A stretch of DNA of 64,000 bases, from NCBI GenBank assembly GCA_965199335.1, contig CBDAQZ010000001.1, positions 205,432 to 269,431 of the forward strand. Direction: 5' to 3'. Every line of letters starts with the position of its first letter. Position 1 is the first letter of the stretch. Origin of the DNA: Alphaproteobacteria bacterium (lineage in GTDB: Bacteria > Pseudomonadota > Alphaproteobacteria > CALMVH01). The position numbers and the translations under genes were made by a program. The notes under the pieces were generated by a model. It worked only from the letters and a program-made list of their open reading frames with translations, was not told the DNA's origin and did not search any database. This document shows, one piece after another, positions 56,260-64,000 of the stretch.

Positions 56260-57986
56260 TCCGCACAAGCCGTTTTTTCGTCGCGCTGATGCTTGCAGCC
56301 CTGGCGACACCTGTCTTCGCGCAGAGCGATACGCAGCCCGACGCCGCTCCGGAAACGGCCAATGTCGAGCCTGCCGAACCCGCAATGCCTGTTCCGGCGG
56401 TAGAACCCGTAGCTCTCGCAGCGCCGGCCCAAGCCGGTGCTCCATACGGAACGCTCACCCCATCGGGTGGCGGTTACGCAGGCACATTGTGGGTGCATGC
56501 CAGTGGTGCAGCCGTCGAACGTTACCTGAAGTTGTTGCCGGAAACCGTGCTGTCGCCGATGACGCATGAATTGCTGCGCCGCGCTCTGCTGACGACCGCA
56601 GCCGCTCCTCCGGGAACGTCCGAGGATGCCTTCCTGCGCGCCCGCATCGGGGCCCTGCTTGCGATCGGCGATGCCGGTGACGCCGGCGCGCTGTTGCGGA
56701 CCGTTCCGGCCAACGCGGCGGACGCGCCTCTGGCGCAAAAGGTGGTGGACGGGGAATTCTACGCCGCGCAGATCGAAAATGGTTGTCTCGACGTGCGCAG
56801 CTACGCCGGCAAATTCGGCGATGCCTATTGGCGGCGCGCGCTTGTTGTCTGCGAACTGAGCGCCGGTCAGAAAACGGAGGCACAGCGCGATCTTACCTCG
56901 GTGCCCGGCGATGGCGGCGATCCGCAGTTCACCGCGCTGGCCGGCGCCGTTCTGCAATCGGGCCAGGCGTCGGTGCCCGACGTGATCCCGACGGCTCTGG
57001 ACGAAGCCTTGCTGCGGATCGGTCATTCTCCGCTGCCACAGGCCGTGCTGCGCAGCGACGATGTCGTTGGCTTGTCCGGGGTGGCACGCACCGATACTTT
57101 CCAGCCCGCGACGCGGGTAGAGGCCGGTTATGCCGCCGCCGTGCAGGGCGGGTTCGGCATCCTGGACATGCTGGCATTGCTGCGCGAACCAGGAGCGGGC
57201 GATCAGCCGCCCGCGGGGCAGACGATCGCGCGCGACGATCCCACCACATCGATGGCGGAGCAATCGCATCGTGAGGCGGGGCTGGTGCAGCAGGTCGACC
57301 ATAGCAGCGACGGCGGGCAGAAGGTGCAGCTGCTGCGCCAGATGCTGACGGCGGATTCCGAAACGGTCGACGTTCCCTTCCTGTCGCGCGTCGAATTCCT
57401 GCGCATGCAGACGATGAGCGGCGATCGCGGTGCGCTGGCCCCTGCGGCGGCGCGTGGCTTCCTGCTGGAGGGCGACGTGCCCGCGGCGCAGCGCTGGTAC
57501 GACATCGCGCGCAAATCGGGCAATTCCGGCGAGGTCCAGCGCCTGTGGCCGCTGGCGCATATCGCTTTCGACAGTCCTGAAAGCGGCCGTTCCGATCCGG
57601 CGCTGGAAAGCTGGGCCCATCAGACGATCGAGGCTGACAAGGAGAACGGTCCCAAGCGGGTGGAACGGGCCTTGGCCGCGATCTCCGCACTGGGCGAACC
57701 CATATCCGATAGCCTGTGGAGCGAGGCAGTCGGCAAGCCGGACGATGAAGCCTCGATCATGGGATCGATGGCGATCAGCGCCTCGCTGGCCCGTGCGGTG
57801 CAGAAGGATTCGAAGGGCGAGGCGATCATCCTGGTCGCGCTCAGCCTCAAGGATGGTCCGGGCCATGCGCATCCGCTGAACCTGAACCATTCGGTCTCGG
57901 CGCTGTATCACATCGGCATGCTCAACCAAGCCAAGGCCGTCGCCCTCGAAGGGTTGGCCCCGGTGACGCAGATCGGGGAAAAGTAA
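56256..57986 (+). CDS. Secreted hypothetical protein (Ala/Pro-rich N-terminal region, helical repeat body)
   Basis: Start MIRTSRFFVALMLAALATPVFAQ (signal peptide). 576 aa. Located between aroK and xerD. Confidence 0.55.
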   Translation: MIRTSRFFVALMLAALATPVFAQSDTQPDAAPETANVEPAEPAMPVPAVEPVALAAPAQAGAPYGTLTPSGGGYAGTLWVHASGAAVERYLKLLPETVLSPMTHELLRRALLTTAAAPPGTSEDAFLRARIGALLAIGDAGDAGALLRTVPANAADAPLAQKVVDGEFYAAQIENGCLDVRSYAGKFGDAYWRRALVVCELSAGQKTEAQRDLTSVPGDGGDPQFTALAGAVLQSGQASVPDVIPTALDEALLRIGHSPLPQAVLRSDDVVGLSGVARTDTFQPATRVEAGYAAAVQGGFGILDMLALLREPGAGDQPPAGQTIARDDPTTSMAEQSHREAGLVQQVDHSSDGGQKVQLLRQMLTADSETVDVPFLSRVEFLRMQTMSGDRGALAPAAARGFLLEGDVPAAQRWYDIARKSGNSGEVQRLWPLAHIAFDSPESGRSDPALESWAHQTIEADKENGPKRVERALAAISALGEPISDSLWSEAVGKPDDEASIMGSMAISASLARAVQKDSKGEAIILVALSLKDGPGHAHPLNLNHSVSALYHIGMLNQAKAVALEGLAPVTQIGEK

Positions 57987-57993
57987 GCGCGAA

Positions 57994-58938
57994 ATGGCCA
58001 AGCGCGGTCGCAAGCGCAAGGCCGGCAGTCCGGTACACGATGCCGATCTGGATGCGTTTTTCGACATGATGACCGCCGAACGCGGCGCTGCCCCGAACAC
58101 GATCGACAGCTATCGCCGCGACCTGAACGATCTGACGGCTTTCCTGGCGGGCTCGGGCCTCGCGCCGCGGCAGACATCCAGCGACGATCTGCGTGGCTAC
58201 TTTGCATCCCTGGCGCCGGACTTCTCCGCCCGCTCAGTCGCCCGCCGCCTGTCGACATACCGCCAGTTCTTCCGTTTCCTGGTGTCCGAAGGGCGACGTC
58301 AGGACGATCCCACATCCGCCATAGATACACCGCGCCAGGGCGCAAGCCTGCCGAAGCTGCTGTCCGAGGTGCAGGTCGAGGCCCTATTATCGGATGGGGG
58401 CGAACAGGGGGCCGAGGCGCTGCGCCTTACAGCCCTGTTGGAGCTGATCTATGCCACCGGCCTGCGCGTATCGGAACTGGTGGGGTTGAAACTCACGGCG
58501 CTGGACCGGGATGGCCGTTTCATAATCGTGCGCGGCAAGGGCAGCAAGGAACGCATGGTGCCGCTGTCGCCGCAGTCCTGGTCGGCGATACAGGCTTATC
58601 TCGCCGAACGGGCCGATTTCCTGCGCGAGGGCGAGGTTTCGCCTTTCGTGTTTCCCTCGACAAGCGCGCAGGGACATATGACGCGCCAGAGATTTGCCCA
58701 GCTTTTGAAGGAACGGGCGCTGAAACGCGGCCTCGACCCCACGCGTATCAGCCCGCACGTGCTGCGGCACGCTTTTGCGACGCACCTGCTGGCGAACGGC
58801 GCCGATTTGCGTTCTGTCCAGAAAATGCTGGGTCACGCCGATATCGCCACGACCCAGATCTATACCCATGTACTTACCGACCGGCTGATGCGTACCATCG
58901 TGGAAAGCCACCCGCTGTCGACCGGGCGCAAACGCTGA
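57994..58938 (+). CDS. xerD: Site-specific tyrosine recombinase XerD
   Basis: 314 aa. YATGLRVSE, HVLRHAFATHLL and LGHADIATTQIYTHV (R-H-R-Y catalytic set). Housekeeping context. Confidence 0.88.
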   Translation: MAKRGRKRKAGSPVHDADLDAFFDMMTAERGAAPNTIDSYRRDLNDLTAFLAGSGLAPRQTSSDDLRGYFASLAPDFSARSVARRLSTYRQFFRFLVSEGRRQDDPTSAIDTPRQGASLPKLLSEVQVEALLSDGGEQGAEALRLTALLELIYATGLRVSELVGLKLTALDRDGRFIIVRGKGSKERMVPLSPQSWSAIQAYLAERADFLREGEVSPFVFPSTSAQGHMTRQRFAQLLKERALKRGLDPTRISPHVLRHAFATHLLANGADLRSVQKMLGHADIATTQIYTHVLTDRLMRTIVESHPLSTGRKR

Positions 58939-58983
58939 ATCCGCTATTTGGCAACCGCCGGCACATCGTGTAATCCTGCAGCC

Positions 58984-59928
58984 ATGAACACCCTCGATTT
59001 CGAAAAACCCATCGCGGAACTGGAAGACCGTATCGCCGACCTCAGGAAACTGAGCGGAGCGGACATCGTCGACGAGATCGGCCGACTGCAGGTCAAGGTG
59101 GACCGTCTGATCAAACAGACCTACGCCAAGCTGACCCCGGCGCAGAAGGTCAAGGTCGCGCGCCATCCCGAGCGCCCGCATACCCTTGCCTATATCGAGC
59201 GGCTGGTGGAGCATTTCACTCCGTTGGCGGGCGACCGCCTGTTCGGCGAGGATGCCAGCATGATCGCCGGCATCGGCAGGCTGAAAGGCCGCTCCGTCGC
59301 TATTCTGGGCCAGGAAAAGGGTCACGACACCGAAACGCGCATAAAACATAATTTCGGGGCGTCGAAACCCGAAGGCTACCGCAAGGCGCAGCGCGTCATG
59401 GACCTGGCCGAGCGTTTCGGCCTGCCGCTGGTGACGTTCATCGACACGGCAGGGGCCTATCCGGGCGTCGCCTCGGAGGAACGCGGCCAGGCGGAGGCCA
59501 TCGCCCGGTCGATCGACCGCAGCCTGAAACTGGCGGTCCCGGTGGTGTCCGTGATCATCGGAGAGGGCGGATCTGGAGGCGCCATCGCCATCGCCACCGC
59601 CGACAAGATATTGATGCTGGAGCATTCGATCTACTCCGTCATCTCCCCCGAAGGCTGCGCCTCGATCCTGTGGCGCAGCGCCAGCCACGCCGCCGATGCC
59701 GCCGCCGCCCTGCGCCTTACCGCGCAAGACCTCAAGGAATTCAAGGTGATCGACGACATCATATCCGAACCGGCAGGCGGCGCGCACCGCGACCGCGACG
59801 CGATCATCGATCTGGTGGGCGAGAAGATCGAACAGATGCTGCTGTCATTGCGCGGCGCCGACGGTCCGACCCTGATCCGCAACCGCCGCGCCAAATTCCT
59901 GGAAATGGGCCAGCTGGGCGTGGCGTGA
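58984..59928 (+). CDS. accA: Acetyl-CoA carboxylase carboxyltransferase alpha subunit
   Basis: Start MNTLDFEKPIAELE. TFIDTAGAYPG, EERGQAEAIA and GEGGSGGAIAI motifs. Confidence 0.95.
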   Translation: MNTLDFEKPIAELEDRIADLRKLSGADIVDEIGRLQVKVDRLIKQTYAKLTPAQKVKVARHPERPHTLAYIERLVEHFTPLAGDRLFGEDASMIAGIGRLKGRSVAILGQEKGHDTETRIKHNFGASKPEGYRKAQRVMDLAERFGLPLVTFIDTAGAYPGVASEERGQAEAIARSIDRSLKLAVPVVSVIIGEGGSGGAIAIATADKILMLEHSIYSVISPEGCASILWRSASHAADAAAALRLTAQDLKEFKVIDDIISEPAGGAHRDRDAIIDLVGEKIEQMLLSLRGADGPTLIRNRRAKFLEMGQLGVA

Positions 59929-59932
59929 AGGG

Positions 59933-60334
59933 ATGAAGCTCGTCCTCGTCGCCGCCGTGGCCCTGATCGATTGCTACGACAAGATACTGCTGGCGCAGCG
60001 TCCGCCTGGCAAGAATTTTGCCGGTCTGTGGGAATTCCCGGGCGGCAAGCTGGAGCCTGACGAAACACCCGAGGCCGCGCTGGTGCGCGAGCTGCACGAG
60101 GAGCTGGGGATCGAGGTCGAGCAGGAGCATCTGCTGCCGCTCATTTTCGCCAGCCATACCTACGGCGATCATCACCTGCTGATGCCGGTCTATTCCTGCC
60201 GGCGCTGGGCCGGTACGCCCCGCGCCCTCGAGGGCCAGACCCTGGCCTGGGTTGAGCCGGCGAAGCTGAACGATTACCCGATGCCGCCGGCGGACGAGCC
60301 TCTGATCGCAGTGCTACGGCAACAACGGCATTAA
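59933..60334 (+). CDS. mutT: NUDIX hydrolase (MutT-like 8-oxo-dGTP diphosphatase)
   Basis: 133 aa. Nudix box [30 protein letters not shown]. Confidence 0.8.
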   Translation: MKLVLVAAVALIDCYDKILLAQRPPGKNFAGLWEFPGGKLEPDETPEAALVRELHEELGIEVEQEHLLPLIFASHTYGDHHLLMPVYSCRRWAGTPRALEGQTLAWVEPAKLNDYPMPPADEPLIAVLRQQRH

Positions 60335-62094
60335 CCGCCCGACACCACGAACACCGCCTCCGCCGCCAGAAGATTGGCGCGGGCGGGCAGGGTGCCGGTG
60401 CTGATCGTGCGTCCCTCGCGGTCGAGGGTCACGGCCTGTTCGACCTTTATATTCAGCGCCGATGTCAGGTCGACGAAGTCCCTGATCGTGAAAGGATGGA
60501 TGACGTTGGACTGCCACCAGCTTTCGCCCGCCCCATAGATCGGGTTGCGGCCATTGAGCAGGATCGAACCGCGCGTGCGCCAATAGGCGAAATTGTCGAA
60601 GGAAACGATGGCTTTGCGCCCGATGCGGATCAACTGTTCCAGAACATGGCGGGGATCCTGCACCGATTGCAGCGTGCGGCTCAGGATGACGTAGTCGAAC
60701 GAACGCTCGGCGAAGTAACGCAGGTCGCGATTGGCGTCGCCGTGGATGACGGATAGCCCCTTGGCAACGGAATCGCTGACCCCGGCGCGGCTGATCTCCA
60801 GCCCCTTGCCGATGACGTTGCGCTTGCTGGTCAGGTATGCCAGCAACGTGCCGTCGCCCGAGCCGACGTCCAGCACCCGGCTGCCGGGCTCGATCAGGTC
60901 CGAGATCAGCCTCAGATCGGGGCGCACATCGGGCTCGACATGGGGCAGGGCGCACCCTTCCAGGAAACGCGCTGCGATATCGTAGAATTCGGGCTCGTCG
61001 AGCAGGAAGGCGTCGTGACCCTTGTCGGTTTCGATCTCGGCGAAGCTGACCTCAGCCCCGGCTTCGTTAAGTGCCACGACCATGGCGCGGGAATCGTCGG
61101 GCGAGAACAGCCAGTCGCTGGAAAAGGCGATGACGCAGAATTTGGCCTTCGCCCCGGCGAACGCACGCGACAGATCGCCGTCATAGGCCGCCGCCAGGTC
61201 GAAATAATCGGTGGCGCGGGTGATATACAGATAAGAATTGGCGTCGAAGCGCTCGACGAAGGTATTGCCCTGGTGGCGCAGATAGCTTTCGACCTGGAAG
61301 TCGGCCTCGAATCCCCATGTGAAGGTGTTGCGGTCCTGCAGGTTGCGGCCGAATTTTCGCTGCAGCGCCTCGCGCGACAGGTAAGTGATGTGGTTCGACA
61401 TCCGCGCGACGGCCAGGCCGGCGCTGGGCCTTTTGTTCAGGCTGGCATACTGGCCTTCCGACCATTCGGGATCGTTCAGCACCGCCTGCCGCCCGACCTC
61501 GTTGAAGGCGATGTTCTGGGCGGTGTAGCGCGCCGCGGTGGCGATCAGCAGCACCGCGCCCATGCTGTCCGGATAGGAGGCTGCCCATTGCATCGCCTGC
61601 ATGCCGCCGATCGAGCCGCCGACGATGGCGAACAGCCTTTCGATACCCAGATGGTCGATCAGCAGCTTCTGGGCCCGCACCATATCGCCGATGGTGATGA
61701 CCGGGAAATCCAGCGCGTAGGGCTTTCCTGTCTCGGGGTTGGCTTCCGAAGGGCCGGTGCTGCCCATGCAGCCGCCCAGTATGTTCGAGCAGATGACGAA
61801 ATATTTGTCGGTATCGACTGGCTTGCCCGGCCCGATCATGGTCGGCCACCAGCCCGGGCGGCCGGTAATCGGGTTTTCTCCAAGGCAGAACTGGTCGCCG
61901 GTCAGCGCGTGGCAGATCAGAATCGCGTTCGATCGCTGGGCGTTCAGGGTTCCGAAGGTCTCGTAGGCGATATTGATCGGGCCGATACTACCGCCATTGT
62001 CCAGCGGCATCTTCACCGTTTCAGCCAGTACGGCGCGTCTGCCCGGGAAGGTGTCGCCGGCCATCTGCGCGGAATATGTGGAAGCAACGCTCAT
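60331..62094 (-). CDS. metXW: Fused homoserine O-acetyltransferase MetX and methionine biosynthesis protein MetW
   Basis: Single 587-aa ORF. MetX part ([30 protein letters not shown]) runs without a stop into a MetW part ([31 protein letters not shown] ... IHPFTIRDF). Confidence 0.85.
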   Translation of the reverse strand: MSVASTYSAQMAGDTFPGRRAVLAETVKMPLDNGGSIGPINIAYETFGTLNAQRSNAILICHALTGDQFCLGENPITGRPGWWPTMIGPGKPVDTDKYFVICSNILGGCMGSTGPSEANPETGKPYALDFPVITIGDMVRAQKLLIDHLGIERLFAIVGGSIGGMQAMQWAASYPDSMGAVLLIATAARYTAQNIAFNEVGRQAVLNDPEWSEGQYASLNKRPSAGLAVARMSNHITYLSREALQRKFGRNLQDRNTFTWGFEADFQVESYLRHQGNTFVERFDANSYLYITRATDYFDLAAAYDGDLSRAFAGAKAKFCVIAFSSDWLFSPDDSRAMVVALNEAGAEVSFAEIETDKGHDAFLLDEPEFYDIAARFLEGCALPHVEPDVRPDLRLISDLIEPGSRVLDVGSGDGTLLAYLTSKRNVIGKGLEISRAGVSDSVAKGLSVIHGDANRDLRYFAERSFDYVILSRTLQSVQDPRHVLEQLIRIGRKAIVSFDNFAYWRTRGSILLNGRNPIYGAGESWWQSNVIHPFTIRDFVDLTSALNIKVEQAVTLDREGRTISTGTLPARANLLAAEAVFVVSGG

Positions 62095-62135
62095 CGTCTT
62101 TGCCCAATCTGTGTCGAGGCGTTATAGCGGAGGAC

Positions 62136-62879
62136 ATGGCCCCGTCTCAACCTTCACCGCCGAGTCTGGCGGAACTGCGCCGACAGATCGACGGCATCGA
62201 CGATGCGCTGCACGACCTTATCATGCGGCGGGCGGAACTGGTGCGCGATATCCGCAGCGCCAAGCCGGAAGGAATGCCGACCATCCGGCTGGCGCGCGAA
62301 GCACAGATACTGCGCCGCCTGCTGGGCCGTCACAGCGGCCAGTTCCCCAGGCGGACACTGGTGCAGATGTGGCAGGAGATGATCGATGCCTTCACCTGGC
62401 TGCAGGGCAGCCTGCGGATTGCGGCGCCCAGGGCACTGGAAAGGCTTGTTCGTGACCAATACGGCGTCCTGGCCGACATCGTGTGGATAGACGATCCTGC
62501 AGGGCTGATGACCCTTCCCGATGGTGCCTCGCTTGCCATACTGCCCTGGCCGGCCGATGAGCAGCGATGGTGGTTGGAACTTGCCGCCATGTCGAACCCT
62601 CCCGGAATCGTTGCCAGCTTGCCATTCTTCGCTGACGGCGACAGCCCGCGCGCGCTGGTGCTTGCATACTTGCCGTTCGAACCCAGTGGCGACGATTGCA
62701 GCTTGATCGTCTCGCGTAATGACAAGATCCGGTTCGAGGGCATGCGATTGCTCGTACGGGACCGGGATCTATCTTATCTGTTTACCGTGCCTGAGCATGT
62801 TGCGTCCGACGACGCGCGACTGGATAGTGGCGATATTCTTCTCGGCGGTTATCCGCGTCCCTATACGAGCCCATCATGA
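62136..62879 (+). CDS. Chorismate mutase family protein
   Basis: Start MAPSQPSPPSLAELRRQIDGIDDALHDLIMRRAELV (AroQ-type CM helix 1). It precedes hisC, as is common in alphaproteobacteria. Confidence 0.7.
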   Translation: MAPSQPSPPSLAELRRQIDGIDDALHDLIMRRAELVRDIRSAKPEGMPTIRLAREAQILRRLLGRHSGQFPRRTLVQMWQEMIDAFTWLQGSLRIAAPRALERLVRDQYGVLADIVWIDDPAGLMTLPDGASLAILPWPADEQRWWLELAAMSNPPGIVASLPFFADGDSPRALVLAYLPFEPSGDDCSLIVSRNDKIRFEGMRLLVRDRDLSYLFTVPEHVASDDARLDSGDILLGGYPRPYTSPS

Positions 62880-63967
62880 CTTACCCAAAGCCGCACCAGG
62901 CAATCCTGGACATCAAGCCTTATGTCGGTGGCGAGGCGAAAGCCAACGCCATGCGCCTGCGCCGACTCGCATCAAACGAGAATCCGCTTGGCAGCAGCCT
63001 CAAGGCCATCGAAGCCTACAAGGCGCTGGCGGGCGAATTGCATCGATACCCTGATGGCAGCGCGATCGTGCTGCGCGAGGCGATTGCCGAAACGTACGGC
63101 TTCTCCGCCGATCGCATCGTCTGCGGCGCGGGCTCGGACGAACTGCTGCGCCTGCTGATCATGTCCTATGCCGGCCCCGGCGACGAGGTCGTCTATAGCC
63201 GTCATGGGTTCCTGATGTATCCGTTGCTGACGCGGCTGGCGGGGGCCATGCCGGTCACGGCGCTCGAGACGAACATGCGGACTAGCGCCGATGCGGTCGT
63301 CGCGGCGATCACACCGCGCACCAAGATCGTGGTCCTGGCCAATCCCAACAACCCGACCGGCAGCTTCCTGACGGCGGCTGAAATGCGTGCCTTGCATGCC
63401 CGCATACCGCCCCATGTCATGCTGATCATCGATTCCGCCTATGCCGAATATGTTCGGCGCGAGGATTACAGCGCGGGCCAGGAACTCGTGGACGAGTTCC
63501 AGAACGTCGTCATGTGCCGTACCTTCTCCAAGATATACGGGCTGGCGGCGCTGCGTATCGGATGGTGCTACGGCCAGCCGCATCTTGTCGATGTACTTAA
63601 CCGCGCGCGCGACCCCTTCAATGTCAACGCCGCCGCCATCGCTGCTGGCGCGGCGGCCATGGCGGATCGCGAATTCGTCGAGCAAACGCGCGACCTCAAC
63701 GACCGCATGCTGTCCTGGTTCAGCCAGCGCATCCGGGAACTTGGTTACCACCCCTATCCCAGTATCGGCAATTTCGTGCTGACGGCATTCCCGCCGCATT
63801 CGGCGGAGGAAGTGCGCCTGTACCTCAAGGAGCGCGGCATCCTGGTGCGCCAGATGGGGGCTTACGGCCTTGCCGAATGCCTGCGCATCGGCATGGGAAC
63901 CGCCGAAGACATGGAAGCCGTGATCGACGGCATACGCGATTTTCAGAAAGAGAACCCGGCCGAATGA
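62876..63967 (+). CDS. hisC: Histidinol-phosphate aminotransferase
   Basis: 363 aa. LASNENPLG, NPNNPTG, and FSKIYGLAALRIGW containing the PLP lysine. Confidence 0.93.
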   Translation: MTYPKPHQAILDIKPYVGGEAKANAMRLRRLASNENPLGSSLKAIEAYKALAGELHRYPDGSAIVLREAIAETYGFSADRIVCGAGSDELLRLLIMSYAGPGDEVVYSRHGFLMYPLLTRLAGAMPVTALETNMRTSADAVVAAITPRTKIVVLANPNNPTGSFLTAAEMRALHARIPPHVMLIIDSAYAEYVRREDYSAGQELVDEFQNVVMCRTFSKIYGLAALRIGWCYGQPHLVDVLNRARDPFNVNAAAIAAGAAAMADREFVEQTRDLNDRMLSWFSQRIRELGYHPYPSIGNFVLTAFPPHSAEEVRLYLKERGILVRQMGAYGLAECLRIGMGTAEDMEAVIDGIRDFQKENPAE

Positions 63968-64000
63968 AACCCCTGTTCGACCGTGTCGCGATTATCGGCT
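63964..64000 (+). CDS. 5' end of next gene (partial), possibly prephenate/arogenate dehydrogenase
   Basis: ATGA overlap with the hisC stop. MKPLFDRVAIIG looks like the beginning of a Rossmann GxGxxG strand. The product is inferred only from the usual hisC-tyrC synteny. Confidence 0.35.
   Translation, partial: MKPLFDRVAIIG

Noticed and set aside
57994-58938. Tyrosine recombinase as a possible phage or ICE integrase marking a mobile element.
   Set aside because: The sequence and context (between aroKB and accA, no att-like repeats, no phage genes) fit chromosomal XerD.
62064-62135. Looked for a SAM-II (metA/metX-type) riboswitch upstream of metXW.
   Set aside because: The intergenic space to the divergent chorismate mutase gene is only about 41 nt (about 70 nt if MetX starts at its second Met). 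I could not recognise the pseudoknot consensus. An Infernal/Rfam scan would settle it.
1-64000. Scan for CRISPR arrays, IS elements/transposases, toxin-antitoxin pairs, retron or defence-island signatures and rRNA.
   Set aside because: I saw no regularly spaced repeats, no transposase, reverse-transcriptase or nuclease-type ORFs, and no rRNA-like sequence. The accessory content is metabolic, envelope and signalling rather than mobile or defence. The visual scan is not exhaustive.

Overview
The window is a high-GC (roughly 60%) bacterial chromosomal segment that is almost fully coding. Its gene order looks alphaproteobacterial (aroK-aroB / xerD / accA; metX-metW / chorismate mutase-hisC-tyrC; argH, alaS, lipB, pyk). 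I cannot assign a taxon without a database search. I found no CRISPR array, transposase, phage integrase or rRNA, and only one tRNA, tRNA-Ser(GGA).

Housekeeping genes alternate with accessory blocks:
- (i) A packed minus-strand set upstream of argH: a DUF4139 secreted protein, an EgtD-fold methyltransferase and a formyltransferase.
- (ii) A FeS-type (6-4) photolyase/cryptochrome translationally coupled to a TMEM175-like channel.
- (iii) A GT4 fusion protein plus a GH130 phosphorylase, behind an AT-rich leader.
- (iv) An OsmC remnant, a kinase/phosphatase pair and ohr next to the tRNA-Ser.
- (v) An rmlCBA-GT-acyltransferase-rmlD operon divergent from wzm-wzt.
- (vi) A short alpha-2-macroglobulin-like protein.
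- (vii) A Sel1-repeat gene apparently split by a frameshift in a C6 tract.
- (viii) A fused metX-metW gene.
- (ix) An RpfF/RpfC-type DSF (cis-2-unsaturated fatty acid) signalling locus at 48.8-54.2 kb. This is the most interesting block. The canonical HD-GYP regulator RpfG is replaced by a REC-PAS-histidine kinase. The RpfC-like sensor carries an extra degenerate receiver. The rpfF-like promoter region contains several 20-nt-phased direct repeats.

A strong orphan intrinsic terminator at 43.87-43.91 kb suggests an unannotated small RNA. Many long ORFs in the six-frame track are GC-driven antisense shadows and were rejected. All family assignments come from motif recognition by eye and from memory. 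None was verified by search.
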